Shown here one piece after another: positions 36,520 to 50,150 of a stretch of 64,000 nucleotides of DNA. Each line of letters begins with the position of its first letter. Within the stretch, counting starts at the first letter, position 1. The stretch spans positions 11,813,654 to 11,877,653 of the forward strand of contig CM082577.2 of assembly GCA_040954595.2 (NCBI GenBank), written 5' to 3'. A program made the position numbers and the translations under genes. The DNA is from Balanoglossus misakiensis (taxonomy: Eukaryota; Animalia; Hemichordata). The notes beneath the pieces were generated by a model. It was given only the letters and a program-made list of their open reading frames with translations. It searched no databases and was not told the DNA's origin.

Positions 36520-39500
36520 CTGCATAACATGTGCAACATTCCTATTTGATGCTACCATATCATTACTATTATAGTACTGAACTGCTCTGACTAAATTACC
36601 ATCCCTGACTGTCTTGTATACCTGTTTCCTGTCAATAAAAACATTGTCACATGATGATTCTACCTGTGTGATATCTATGTTGAATTCATCTTCAGAACCC
36701 TCAATTTCTGAAACATCACTCTGCAGATCAGAATCAGATGCCTGCAGTACCTCCAAAATAATGTCCCAAACTCTATCAACATGTTCACCAGAGAAAAGGC
36801 AAAAACTTGACTGGAGCAAGGCTTTGTTCTCAATGAACTGGACATATTTCACAATTTGTGATATTAATGCTCTTGAAAACCCAGTTACAATATCTGCCCC
36901 AATAAACATTTCATTCTCACTTCTCAAATTCACAGGAACATACTGTATCATGACTGGAGCACAGGCACCTACATTGTAATGAACATACATCACAGCATGT
37001 GTGTAAAATAACATTGGAATTTGGGTTATCAACAAATGACTTGAGTATAAACTCTCTCCTGCAGGAAGACTGGTTTTTACAGTAATCTTTCATCAATGTT
37101 GAAATTCTACTGTTTCTAAGGCAACCTGTATGACACTGGTCATAACAGTAGAATCCCTGCCAGCTCCTACCAGTCTCCTGCAGATAGTCATCTATATCAT
37201 TTGGCATTTAGAATTTGAACAACTGATTGGTAAATCATATATGTAATTAGTATACATGTACTTACTGGCTGGTCAATGTTTGTTTGTGATTTTATATCCT
37301 GTATCGACAATACTTGAATTGATGGAGAAAGAGCGTGAGGAAACGGCAATGCGCTGTCAATAGGTTTGATGTAACATGACATGTGCAACATTCCTATTTG
37401 ATGCTATATCAATACTATTATAGTACTGAACTGCTCTGACTAAATTACCATCCCTGCCTGTCCTATATACCTGTCTCCCGGAAATAAAACTGTCCTTGGC
37501 ACCCCAATATTGATAAACAGCCTCACGCATGGACAATCTAAGCTACGGTGGCAAAAACAATTGACCCTGAGGAAAAGTGGAAAATTCATAAAGGAGGAAA
37601 GAATTTCAGATTTCATTGCATCTGTTTGTGGAGAGTGGTACTGATTATTTAGTGAGAAATCATCGAGTACCCAATGATTGATTCTGATCCTTACCAAGAA
37701 TTGGATCAAACAAGAATTAAGCATACCCACACCATTCCACTGAAAGATAAATAAAAGTCAATGGAAAGTCCAACTATTTGTCCATTAAATCTTCTGCATG
37801 ACTTGGGTCATGGTCAACAATTTTTTCCAGGAGCTCATTTTTCTCTTCTTCAGACATTGAGGCGATGTTAATTAGTTTGAGACTGAACATACTTTGAGTT
37901 GCCGTTTCCTTTCCTCAAGCTGTTGAAATGCTTCTTCGCCACTGCGACCAAGTGGTCCTCCTGGTCTTCCTCTTCCCCTGGGCCTTTACCCCCTCCCCCT
38001 GCATCTGCCCCCTCTACCTCTATATGTAGTTGGTCTTGCAGTGTCCGTATCAGTTGAAGGTATTGAACCAGAACTCTGAAAAGAATGGTTGATACAGATC
38101 TTGCATAATTTAGTATGGGGTGGGTATAGAGTTTGGATGAAGAAATTTGGTAAATCTGTAAATGTTAATAGGATGTTCGGAATGGACTAAAATGTTTGCT
38201 TGCATGGTACTTACGGACAGTTTGCGTTACAGAATGTAACATGACTATTTCGTTTTTAGCAATGTGTAACTAGATGTAAAATTCAAATGCTATTGGGCAC
38301 ATCCACTTTTGCTTTGTTTAATCGGCGATATGTTGTGCGCTATGTGCATTGTGTTGAGTGGTAATGTAGAAAAATTTGGTTTCAACTTTATCGTCCTCTT
38401 TGTCTTCAGTCTGGTTGTTCAAATCCTGATTGGAAACGCAATTTTCAACAAGTTGTTGCTCCCAGTTTCCTCTTTGTTCGATCTGGCATACAATCACTCT
38501 AAAATTATTCTAACATAACACAGCGTCTGTGTCATATGATGACTAATTGTTACAAATACATATGACTACTATCACAAACAGTTATTATAATATTAACCCT
38601 TTACATTTACAATTACAACTTCTGTACTGTCCATTCTAGGGTACTCTGTAAACAATTTCTTAGCGATGTATTATGGCGATGCTATCAGCTTCATGTTGCT
38701 GCATTTTCTTACTTGGATGTCTTTGCCGTTTTGGTCTTAGAACAGATGTCTTGCCTCTGGTAAATTACCATGTTAGTTAATAGTCGAATGTCCATCATCA
38801 AAGCTGCCCATGGTGATGTAGAATAAGTTGGTTGTGGATGATGATTTCCGTTTTGTGGCTAGTGATGTTTTTATAATTAGATGCAAATTAGTCCAATGCT
38901 GCATTGAATTAGTCGACTGAGATAGATGGGTAAAAAAGTCTACCACATATAAATTAGTCAGCAGTGAATGGTGAAGTTATTGGCAGAGCAGAAAGCTATA
39001 AAATGTACAGTGGTCCAGAGTGTGAAGTGACTGCAGTTAATACAATTAGATGTAATCTTAAGACCTCATCTTCCAGTAGCTCCTTTGCTCTGCAATTGCC
39101 TTCCTTTGCTCATCCCATAGAATATGCAAATCCTGGTTGTCCCCACAGACTTCTTCTGCATTTGTGCAGCTGAAGATATTCTGGACATCTTCATGACTGT
39201 CAGCAGAAAATTCCAGCATTTCTCCTGATAACTTAATTGTCACGAAGTCTCCTTTCTCTTTTCACTGCATTGATATCAGTTACTTCAGGGATCAGCATCC
39301 AGCTACACAACAGACCACGTCGGTCAGGCTGACACAATGCAGACAGTGTGCTTCTATCATTGTAACACAGGGTTAAGTCTTCTGCCTCTTTTCTTCCGAG
39401 AGATTTTCTTCATTCATTGCCGACTCTCTTTTGAATTTTGATGCTGGTGCTGTGGGTTTTTCACACATGTCTCTGCCACAGTTTTCTTTAAACAAGCACA

Positions 39501-40456
39501 GCGTTTACAAGAGAGTTCGGAATATTGCATTGACAGCAAAACTTCACACTGCACAGATCTGTGAATGAGAGATGCCTCTGGTAGCTTGTTGCAGTTGTTT
39601 TTCACCCAGCTTTCTGCTCTGCCAAGAACTTCACTGCTGACTTTGTATCCCTGATGCACCAGTATGATGACACCAAACCCTGGACAAAGCTTAGCACTTG
39701 CTGAAGCCACAAACTAGCTAGTTAAAATAATTCAGATCAGTTATATTGGTAGTACCGTACATACACCCATATGCATGAACAAAAACTCACAGCAATTGGA
39801 CGAATAGATATCAGAGTAATATTACTTCTCCTTGTTTGGGCAGATGTTAATTACTTTACAGTCCTGGATTATTAAACTCTCTTTAACTTGTGCTTGTAAC
39901 TGCCTGGAAGCAGTGCCAGAACTCTAACATTGGGAAAGAATGAGCGTAGCTCGCCAACATTTGAAAAATATTCCCGAAATGCACCCTCTTGAATTTTTCT
40001 TCGATCTCGATTGCCGAGGTTTGGCTTATCTCCCCTGCAGAGAGAATGAAATTCCAAGCCATTACTGACCATTTAAATAGGTTTGTTTGAGCAAGGAAAA
40101 TACTAAATTGTCATATTTATCTGTAAATTAATATAAGTGCAATTCGAAACCAATGTCAAGGTCAGCTTATGTTGAAGATAGGACCACCATTGCACATTTC
40201 TTACACAAGTCAAGAGTTCATGTACAAAATAAGCTTACCACTTTGGTATAGTATGAACTTCGTCTACAACTAATAGCACAATCTTGTCTCCATACTTTGC
40301 TTTCAAAGTCTCAGGCACGTTGTTTTTCGATTGCAAATAGGCTTCTGGAGACCCAAAAACATAGGTTGGCACGTCATCACTTTGCAGGATATCTTTTACC
40401 ATCCCTGCTTTAAATCCAAGTGAGGAAAGAGTTGATATCTGTAAAAAATGTGACAA
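36520..40456 (-). mobile_element. Scrambled RecQ-like SF2 helicase fragments, consistent with an AcademH transposon
   Basis: YVFGSPEAYL..IVLLVVDEVHTIPKW (40235-40456); AFREYFSNVGELRSFFPNVRVLAL (39872-40040); QYHSPQT..LDCPCVRLFINIGVP (37440-37730); MPNDIDDYLQETGR..CRREFIL..CCDVC (36917-37207). Confidence 0.7.
39058..39710 (-). pseudogene. Cys-rich region resembling the part upstream of P-element-like transposases
   Basis: HRSVQCEVLL..CKRCACLKK and SHEDVQNIF..LWDEQRKA; family assignment is uncertain. Confidence 0.3.
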
Positions 40457-40499
40457 TACAAAACATAGAATGTAAACTCACATATACCGGGGGTGAGGG

Positions 40500-40797
40500 G
40501 GTGGGTTATGTAAGTGATGCACCCAATTTTAAGGAGCGATGTTGGACAGATCCACTCTTTCCATTTACTTTTTTTTAAATCATCAGCATATGAACTATAA
40601 TGGAATGCAGCTCACACAAAGTTAGCACGTATCAACAGCTCGCAAAATGATTAAACATGAGACTTACATAATTAGTGTTTTTTTATGTCATACTACACAA
40701 TTTGGAACATGCCATCTACCGGAAGCCTAATGTAGTTTTGAAAAAAAAAATTATTTTACAACCTATAAAACTATGATTTTGTTAAGTGACCCTTTAA
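40500..40797. mobile_element. Kolobok-type terminus GTGACCCT|TTAA (inner boundary unknown)
   Basis: Sequence at 40786-40797, adjacent to Kolobok transposase exons. Confidence 0.4.
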
Positions 40798-40939
40798 CCC
40801 CAAGTGTCAATGAACTCATTTCCAAGCTAAACTTGACATGTTTCTTGCACAAAAAATTGATTTCGGCAACAACATACCATATGCAATGCCAGAGTATGCT
40901 CTGCTGGTGTCTGTTGGCATCATGAAAATGACCAATTGT

Positions 40940-42330
40940 GTTACCTGAAATTCAGAAGGTAGTTGATCTTCTTTAAAAAAAGCCTTGTCAAATGTTACAT
41001 TCCTCAGAGCCAAATGGGTGGCACTGTTCTTCTTTAGGTAGTGTCTTTCAGTGTCACCAGTATTGGCTAGTGGTCCATGGTCGCATTCCATGGAATTACT
41101 GTTGCCATAATTGACATGCCAAGTGTGCTCAGCTATGACATGATGAATCACACCACCCCATATCTCCTGCACAAATAAGAAATTGTAAAAGAAACTATAT
41201 CAAATTCAAATCAAAATCAGAGGTATTAAAATAAATGAATTTCTGACATAGAAGCAAACAAGTTGAAAACAACTGCATAACTGCACAATTTCAATACTGT
41301 CATGGCTATTTTTACAGGTAGTTTGACCCCCACCTTATGATAGGATGATCAGTTAGTAACATTGTCTCTAAAGTTAAATAAATAAAAGACTGATTACAAG
41401 ATGGAAAGCTGGTAAAATCTTTATCTTCTTGGATAAGTTCTTGGCAGCATGCCAAATGTTGAATGTGTGAATGCTTGATGTCTGGGTGATCATTTCCTAT
41501 AAGATTGGCATTTAAAGTAAGTCTTGAAAAACATCAACCACGGCTTCTCGACGACCACCAATATTCACAAAGTTCCGACTTCAGTCACAATCTTCAAACC
41601 AATGAACCGGTAGGCACCACACAAGACAGGCAAATTACTATTAGGTTGGATCGTCCTCTTTTGAGCCTGTGTACAGCAGATGTGTCATTCAAATAAATGT
41701 TTTTGTATTTTCTTCACTGTGAACCCAATTGCAAAGCCATTGCCTGTGCAAACCAAAAACTTTAGTTATGGACATCAATTGCAAGAACACTATAACTGAA
41801 ATCTTAAGGGTTAAAGGCCGAGCCACTTGAGAAGAACAATCTCTCACTTGATGATATTAACAAAAATTGACTGTTCTCCAGCGAAGTGATAAGCGTAAAT
41901 GTTTCCGTAATAACGCTGTGTCTAATGGACGAGACCCTGTCTCAAAATTGGGGAAATGGTGGTTTCTTCCAAACCTATCCAGCATCGTGACAAGGGTGGT
42001 GCCTCTTGTTTTTCGATTGGAATTGTAGACGATGTTGTACGGGCGTTTCACACACTGCATCTTTGTAAGACAACTGACATCTTTTGGCATCATGAAAATG
42101 ACCAATTATGTTACCTGTAATTCAGAATGTAGTTGATCTTCTTTAAAAAAGCCTTGTCAAATGTTACATTCCTCAGAGCCAAATGGGTGGCACTGTTCTT
42201 CTTTAGGTAGTGTCTTTCAGTGTCACCAGTATCGGCAAGTGGTCCATGGTCGCATTCCATGGAAGTACTGTTGCCATAATTGACATGCCAAGTGTGCTCA
42301 TCTACGACGTGATGTATTACACCACCACAA
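40940..42330 (-). mobile_element. Kolobok-type transposase exons, with one exon duplicated (~40945-41170 and ~42115-42330)
   Basis: WGGVIHHV..EHTW..CDHGPL..YLKKNSATHLALRNVTFDKAFLKKI; DHPDIKHS-like exon at ~41420-41750. Confidence 0.7.
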
Positions 42331-42759
42331 TAATGTAGGCACGACACAAGACAGGCAAATTACCGTAAGGTTGGAACCAAACTCCACAGCAAGGCTACTA
42401 GACCTGAGTATCAATTCAATGTGGCAACGCGTGGCTTTTATAGGAGCAAAACTAATCAATTCACTGACACCTGGTCACGCTTATATGTAAATAAAGTAAG
42501 CAACAGATCTAGAGGTACATCTGGCCTCGAACAAACCTCATCACAGTTAACGTACGCTCCGAATGCACAATGCTGTCATGGTGGTTGACATGTATACCTT
42601 CTGGCAGAAAATCATGAAAGTGTCGTTGAACCAGCAGCTAATGACGACAAAACAATGCCTAAAATCACCATGGTGTTATCATCATGTGCTGATGGTTTTA
42701 AGAGGGTGTCTAACACTATGTCATGATTGGACAGGTCTGCTGTTGTAAGAGGTTCTACT

Positions 42760-43330
42760 GGTGCTGTTCTGAGTGTTTTTGTGTGTGTGGAAAGCATCTT
42801 GCAGCCTCTGTTGACAGATGTTTTGTATTTCTTGCTTCCTACAATGCAACTTCTTCCGTTCTTTGCGAGCTTGTATTGAAGCTGCTGCCACCAGCTCAGA
42901 CTTCTCATCATCACTTTTGGCTTCTAACCACACAGTCTTATTCATGGTGAACAATGATGTACGCCTCAGAGACTAGAGTGGTGATGTTTGGTTTGACTGT
43001 GAGGAGGTGATCTAAATACGCAAACATGCGCTCTGTTTGTTTGTTGTGTTGAGGTACGCTCTGGGTGGATTTTGTCATGCTGGGTGTTACATTAACATAC
43101 TTTCCTGCTGGAAGAAAATCACTGAAATGGCGCTGAACCAGTTCAGACGGACAAAACAATAACTTATTTAAATCATCATGTGGTGATGGTTTTAGGAGGG
43201 TCTAACACTATGTCATGATTGACTGGAACTGAATCAAACATGATACACTTTCCTTGTACAAAATCATCAAGGTTTAATGGAAGCAGCCTGACAGAAGTAA
43301 ATGAGAGGTCTAGTATAGTATGTATGCACA
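42760..43330 (-). mobile_element. DDE transposase C-terminal fragment, superfamily uncertain
   Basis: DFLPAGKY..TQSVPQHNKQTERMFAYLDHLLTVKPN..EAYI / MFTMNKTVWL. Confidence 0.5.
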
Positions 43331-44210
43331 TCAGTTATGGCTATGTCGATTCTATAACTTTCCATGCAATGAATGGGTCCAGGAACTGTAGCTTGTCCAG
43401 CAGCCAACTCCTTCTCTTGGTTGTGTTCCATGCGCTCCCACTACTCTGGGGTTTCTTTTGCCTTGACGTAGTTGTTTCTGAGATATCGCAATTTTATTTT
43501 AACCCATTCAGCATTCAGCTGAAAAATAACACCGTTTTATCAAGTCAAACACAATAACTACTGTGATCAATACAAATCACAATTTTACTCAGAATCAAAG
43601 TACTGAATGCCTGTCCATGAAGACTGTATTTTAGCAGCAGACATATTTTTTTCAAGTAACCCCCCCCCCCCCTACAATAACTACCCCGGTATGTGAAATG
43701 CAGTATTTTAAAATCGAGACATTGGTTTAGCTGGTGGGCCTTTGTAGGTGTCTCCACTTTTTATTTCGTCAGCAACATCGTACTCTTAACTTTTACCTGT
43801 TTTTCCCGGTCATGATCCAATTTCTTCGAGTGCATGCTCCTTTTTGTCCCTGTTTTTAAAATCAGGTGAACGTACGTTGAACAGTAAAGTAATACTCGCC
43901 CTACAGGGGGTAAATACCGTACTACTTGTGAGTGCACCGACTGCGTGTACCGGTATAATACCTACACTAAGCGACCGATCCTTGCCTTAACCACTAACTT
44001 AACAACTATCTTAATACTAGAGAAATGTGAGACAAAACTGTCAGCGATGACGGACTTTAACATTTCCTGGCAGCTTGCAATGGTCTTCAAGTTCATATTT
44101 ATCTCTCACAGTATAAAGACGGCATTTTTTGTTTTTGTTTAATATTTTGACATGAGACTGAACGCCTGCTGGCGACACAAATACACGCATGCAAGAATAA
44201 ATCAGTCCAT

Positions 44211-45144
44211 TTGACGGTCTCTACACACCCTCTGAAGTCCCGGAGATGGATCTGTTGGTGTTCGTTACAGTGGCGCGTCATGGTGAGAAGAGTCCAGGCC
44301 GCCGTCTGCCTGTCGTATCTGTCTTCGGAGGTCCCTCTGACGGTGACTACCACCGGCTTCCTGCCCTGGTTCATACAGAGCAATTCTGTGAAGCTTTGTC
44401 CTGGGCTTCCCAGGTCGAGGGATCTTCCGTTCTCTCCAGGCCAATGTCTCCCAGCGCAGCCACGCCCGGGTGTTGTAAGAGTTCGCCGACGGTCTGGCGT
44501 TGGTCCTTGGTCATGTATGGTGCCACTCGTGGGTTAACTCCAAGGGCTATTGGAAAATCTTTTTCCCCCGGCAGCGGGTCCGGGTATCGATCTGGCTCGG
44601 AGAATACCTGTAGGCCTCCGAGGAGTCGGATCCGATAGTCTGGAAGGACACCAACATCGTAGTCAGTGAGGTCTTGTGGAGTTATTGGAGCGTCCTCCAC
44701 CCTACATTTCTCTGCGCAAGCTTGAGGGTAGAAACAGGCATCGATTCCCCCGGGTGTTGATGGGTCCCGCGCTACTGTTTCCGCCCTCGTCATTTCTGGT
44801 GGCTGTGTCCGGGTTGATGATGGTCTCCGGTGAGGCCGGATTTCCCGGAACTCTTCTTCACGCGCTTGCGACACCTATCTGAGCAGCACGCTCAGAATGC
44901 GCCAGTGGATGAGGATCGCTGGTGTGGTGGGGGAGCTCAGCCGGAACTTGTACGGTACCTCCCATCCCTGGAAAACGCACAGGCGTTTCATCATTACCAT
45001 ACTTTCGGGTGAACACAAGGATTCAGACGGGATCCGTCCAGGTCCGCCCCTGCGAATATAGAAGTCCAGTAAGTCAGAGATCTCCTTCCCCGGACCACAC
45101 AGCACCGGAAACTTGGACCAAAGTTCCACTAATTTGTCTTCCAA
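44211..45144 (-). pseudogene. TatD-fold protein copy A (internal stop, frameshift, 3'-truncated)
   Basis: IALGVNP, AALGDIGLE, PVVVTVRG, IHLRDF; upstream FRLSSPTTPAILIHWR motif. Confidence 0.75.
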
Positions 45145-45224
45145 GACCCCCGTAACTATGGAACAGAGGCCCTCATTAACAAACCCGAGTGATGTGAGAG
45201 ATGACTAAAAGTATGACTGCTCTT

Positions 45225-45600
45225 ACCTAATAAATGTTCTTGGCCATGATGCACATATACATGAACGGACAACATGTCTTAGGCAGCATGCCCAGTCTTC
45301 TGTTCTGTCGACGATTTCTCGTGGATCCGTCTTAGGATTGGCATATAAAATGTCCATAGGCCACCACACCGGTTTGGTCTCTGGTTTGCTTCACTTGCAT
45401 TTGTTATCCTTTAAAAATGGAACCAATGATCGGAGCGTGTGCAGGTTGACGTGCGAAAGTGATCCACCGCTGTATTCAGGTCGCCTGAGGTCAGGAAGTT
45501 CAATACTCTTGGCACGTGATGAGGTTTCTTCTTGGGACGCGTCCAGATCGGTATGCAGAGAGTGTGATATTATCGACAGAATGTGCTGACTTATTGATGC
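45225..45600 (-). pseudogene. NRF1/EWG-like DNA-binding domain fragment
   Basis: Hand translation: LSHVNLHTLRSLVPFL...KPETKPVWWPMDILYANPKTDPRE....EDWACCLRHVVRSC. Confidence 0.65.
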
Positions 45601-46074
45601 GGTGAGGTGCTGAGATCTGCTCTTCTCTTTGCTCTTCTATCTGGTTTTGTCATAATTATTTCAATATGTTTCGAACGAATTACGGCGAAAACACGCATAT
45701 ATAGTTGTCTGACTTCGTTGGCTGGTTGACACTGTGGGTCTCTTCAGTTAAGGTTTATTAACTAAAATGTTTAAAATTCAAGCAGAGTTGGCAGTTCGGT
45801 ATTTAATTAGGGATCAACAGGTACCGAGATACCATATACGCAACGTGAAACATCAGCAGTTTATTGATATATGACTCTGACCTCGTTAACACTGAGGTCA
45901 CGTATATATGAATTGAGCAAAGTGGCGGGAACAAAATTAGTTACAATGTAAACTCTCTATCTCTAGTGTTCTTTCCGCTATAGAAATCTAATTCACTGAA
46001 GAAATGACATAAATGTTCTGTGTTTCGTGAAATATGTGATAATTTACATAACATTTGCATATAATTTAAAATAA

Positions 46075-46306
46075 CGGGTGGTGGTTGTGAGGCGGTTAGG
46101 ATAGTGTCTACATTTTGGGTCACCGAAGTTCTCAGCAGCTCAGTTCCATGGATGAGGTATTTTCTTTTGCTGGTGATTGGGTCAAGGAAAGATGTGATGA
46201 CTGCTACTTCAAAGGCCGTTTTTTTTTCTGAAATCTGATCACGTTGTTGCACAGCATCTGCCAGGCTATTATATTCCACACACATTAAATTACTCATTGT
46301 GGTCAA
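46075..46306 (-). pseudogene. N-terminal part of an NRF1-like paralog
   Basis: KKTAFEVAVITSFLDPITSKRKYLIHGTE matches KKTSLEVATVTTFVDRLTGERKFIVHGSE of ORF 58262. Confidence 0.6.
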
Positions 46307-46453
46307 TTCTTAATTCCTATTTTATTTCTATACAATAGGATCCATGAAAGTACAAAGCAATACAATCAATGAAAATAATTCAGTGTACACATGGCAATTG
46401 AAACTGGTTGAAGACAGAGACCTTAACATTAACATCAAACTTTATGGTGTTTT

Positions 46454-46615
46454 TCAATAATCTAACTTCCTGTTCTTCATCTTGGCCCAGACAGCCGCAG
46501 CCTTGGACACATCAAACTTCATTATGTCTTCTCCTTCCACACTAATGAAGAGCAACTGCTTCAGTGTCCTTTCAGCAAGTCTGTTTGCGAGAGATGTTTT
46601 AATCCTGCCAATTAT
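46454..46615 (-). mobile_element. hAT transposase C-terminal (dimerisation) fragment; copy at ~51583-51745
   Basis: RIKTSLANRLAERTLKQLLFISVEGEDIMKFDVSKAAAVWAKMKNRKL (ZNF862-like). Confidence 0.75.
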
Positions 46616-46719
46616 ATACAGTGCGTATACTTGTAACCAGCTTCCGTGCCTCCACACTAATGCCTTTACCAATCTCTTTAGGGCAGCAGGGACAGTGCCT
46701 CCATTTCTCTTTCTTCTGA

Positions 46720-47218
46720 CCGGCGTTTTACTGTGGATCTTCCTTGGGGCCGTCAGTCCGTTCAACCATATCCTGTCCCCCTGCTTCAGAGAGACAGGGG
46801 AGATCCCTGGTACCGCCAAGCTGGGCTGCGGCTCTGAAGAGCTGGGAGGACCCCACCAACCGGACGCGACTTCTTGGGTCTCGTTGTCCTTGCCACTCTC
46901 TATGGTGCGCCGTATGGGTAGATCGGGTTGTGTTAGCAGGCGGATGTCCCTGCACATTCCTTGCTCGGCATACTCAACCGGCATCGCCATCGCCTTTTGG
47001 GGGCGTGGGGGTTGGGGGTTCGTGTGTGGCATGTTTTCGACAATCCAGGGTATCGGGAACATGACGTCCGCTTCTCTTTGTATGTTGAAGATCCACCCCC
47101 ACTTTCCCTTGGATTTCGCCAGGGAGTATTGGTCCAAGATTGCCTCTTCGGCTTCTCCCCTCGGCGCCATCATGACGCCATGTACCGTATTACCTCTCGG
47201 GGGTCGAGGTGACGGCAT
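46720..47218 (-). CDS. Unknown ORF X, divergent from the TatD-like gene; copies at ~50760-50950 and ~51850-52340
   Basis: MMAPRGEAEEAILDQYSLAKSKGKWGWIFNIQREADVMFPIPWIVENM is conserved, with many synonymous changes, in the 50760 paralog. Confidence 0.5.
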
Positions 47219-47241
47219 GCCCGAGTGGCTCTTCTCACGTC

Positions 47242-48375
47242 ATGGTAATGATGAACCGCTGATGTGTCTTCCAAGGGTGGGAAATGGCAAACCGATTCTG
47301 ACTCAGCACCCCCAACACGCCGGCAATTCTAATTCATTGGCGGGTCCTCAGCATACTGCTGAGGTGGATACCCCAATCACGGAGGGATGAGTTCCGAGAA
47401 ATCCAACCCCGCATGAGATCGTCATCACACCGGAGGGAGGAGAGTCGGGGCTATCTGAGAGAGACAACACAGGAATGGCAACCAGAGAGGACGGGGGCGG
47501 AAGCAGTCGCACGGAATCCATCGACGCAAGAAAGGAGAGAGGACGCGCCAGGGGGTTTTAATGCATTTTTTAACCCCCAAGCGTGCGCGGAGGAGTGCCG
47601 AGTGGAAGACGCGCCCACTACCATAGATGACCTCACTGACTACGATGTTGATGTCCCCCCCGATAACCGCATATGACTCCTCGGGGGGTCTCCAAGTTTT
47701 TTCCGAACCAGATCGCTACCCGGACCCACTGCCGGGGGAGGAGGGATTCCCACTGGCCATCGGCGTGAACCCCCGAGTAGCGCCTAACATCACCGCGACC
47801 AGCGCCAGACAGTCGGCGAACTTCTACAACACCCGGACGTGGCCGCGCTGGGAGACATTGGCCTGGAGCGAACGGAAGATCCCTCGACCTGGGAAGCCCA
47901 GGACAAAGTATTCACAGAATTGCTCTGTATGAACCAGGGGAGGAAGCTGGTGGTAGTCACCGCCCGGGGAACCACCGAAGACAGATACGACAGGCAGACG
48001 GCGGCCTGGACTCTTCTTACCATGACGCGCCACTGTAACCAACACCAACAGATCCATCTCCGGGACTTCAGAGGGTGTCTACAGACCATGGGGGACTGGC
48101 GGCGGTATTTTCCGGACACCTATTTTGGATTTTCGGCGGCCGTCCGCCAATTCGACGAACGGCAGGTGGAGGCGTTGCAGGCCATCCCGGAGGACAGAAT
48201 CCTGAAGGAGACGGAATCACCCGGCGGACGTGTGTGGGAGACACAACTAATGAACACCCCAGCCTTCCTGGAAGACGTGGCGCTGGAGGTGGCGAGGCTG
48301 CGTTGGAACGTCCACCCGACAGCTGCTGGCGCAGACGTCCGAGAACGCCCGCTGTCTGTACAGGCCATAGACTGA
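47242..48375 (+). pseudogene. TatD-fold protein copy B (frameshifted)
   Basis: ORFs 47413, 47627 and 47839 together give the copy D peptide. Confidence 0.8.
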
Positions 48376-49034
48376 ATGAGCAGTGAGATTGCAAGCTGCC
48401 AGGAAATGTTAAAGTCCGTCATCGCTGACAGTTTTGTCTCACATTTCTCTAGTATTAAGATAGTTGTTAAGTTAGTGGTTAATGCAAGCATCGGTCGCTT
48501 AGTGTAGATATTATACACGCGGTCGGTGCACTCACAAGTACCGTAGTACGGTATTTTCCCCCTGTAGGGCGAGTATTACTTTACTGTTCAACATACGTTC
48601 ACCCGATTTTAAAAACAAGGACAAAAAGGAGCATGCACTCAAAGAAATTGGATCATGACCGGGAAAAACAGGTAAAAGTTAAGTGTACGATGTTGCTGAC
48701 GAAATAAAAAGAGGAGAGACCTACAAAGGCCTGCCAGCTAAACCAATGTCTCGATTTTAAAATACTGCATTTCACATACCGGGGTAGTTATTGTAGGGGG
48801 TGGGGGGGTACTTGAAAAAAAAATGTCTGCTGCTAAAATACAGTCAGCAGTGTCTTCATGAACAGACATTCAGTACTCGTCTGCGCGTGTATAATATCTA
48901 CGCTAAACGACCGATGCTTGCCTTAACCACTAACTTAACAACTATCTTAATACTAGAGAAATGTGAGACAAAACTGTCAGCGATGACGGACTTTAACATT
49001 CCCTGGCGGTTTACAACCTCGCTGCTCGTTCCGT

Positions 49035-50150
49035 CTATGGCCTGTACAGACGGCGGGGTTTCTCTGCTGTCTGTGCCAGCAGCTGCCGGGTGGACGTTCC
49101 TCTAAGTCTTGCCACCTCCAACGCCACGTCTCCCAGGAAGGCTAGAGTGTTCATGTGTTGCGCTTCACATACGCGCTCGCCGGGCGACTCAGTCTCGACC
49201 AGGACTTTGTCTTCAGGGATGGCCTGCAATGCCTCGAATTGCCGGACGGCCGCCGAGAATCCGAAATAGGTATCCGGAAAATACCGCCGCCAGTCCCCCA
49301 TGGTCTCTACGCACCCTCTGAAATCCCGGAGATGGATCTGTTGGTGTTCGTTACAGTGGCGCGTCATGGGAAGAAGAGTCCAGGCCGCCGTCTGCCTGTC
49401 ATATCTGTCTTCGGTGGTCCCTTTGACGGTGACTACCACCGGCTTCCTCCCCTGGTTCATACAGAGCAATTCTGTGAATACTTTGTCCTGGGCTTCCCAT
49501 GTCGAGGGATCTTCGGTTCTCTCCAGGCCGATGTCTCCCAGCGCGGCCACGTCCGGGTGTTGTAAGAGTTCGCCGACCGTGTGGCGCTGGTCGTCGGTTC
49601 GGTAAGGCGCTACCCGGTGGTTCACGCCGATGGCCAGTGGGAATCCCTCCTCCCCCGGCAGTGGGTCCGGGTATCGATCTGGTTCGGAGAAAACTTGGAG
49701 ACCCCCGAGGAGTCGTATGCGGTAATCGGGGGGGGGGGACACCAACATCATAGTCAGTGAGGTCATGTATGGTGGTGGGCGCGTCTTCCACTCAGCACTC
49801 CTCCGCGCACGCTTGGGGGTTAAAGAATACATCGAAACCCCCTGGCGCGTCCTCTCTCCTTCCCTGCGTCGATGGATTCCGTTCGACTTCCTCTGCCCCC
49901 ATCCTCTCTGGTTGCCGTTCCTGTGCTGTCTCTCTCAGATAGCCCCGACTCTCCTCCCTCCGGTGTGATGACGATCTCATGCGGGGTTGGATTTCTCGGA
50001 ACTCGTCCCTCCGTGATTGGGGTACCCACCTCAGCAGTATGCTGAGGACCCGCCAATGAATAAGAATTGCCGTCGTGTTGGGGGTGCTGAGTCGGAATCG
50101 GTTTGGCACTTCCCACCCTTGGAGGACACATAAGCGCTTCATCATTACCA
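49035..50150 (-). pseudogene. TatD-fold protein copy C (frameshifted)
   Basis: ORFs 49792..50181 and 49035..49832. Confidence 0.8.

Noticed and set aside
36917-40456. Host RecQ/WRN gene
   Set aside because: The pieces are broken, partly duplicated and interleaved with TE fragments; AcademH origin is more parsimonious.
46760-46810. dUTPase-like PVSLKQGDRI motif in ORF X
   Set aside because: No other dUTPase motifs are visible; too short to support a call.
46454-47218. 254-aa ORF as one gene
   Set aside because: An in-frame join of ORF X and a hAT C-terminus, marked by a sharp GC shift.
48780-48825. G-run after the TatD flank as an LTR polypurine tract
   Set aside because: No paired LTRs, primer-binding site or pol gene are visible in the window.
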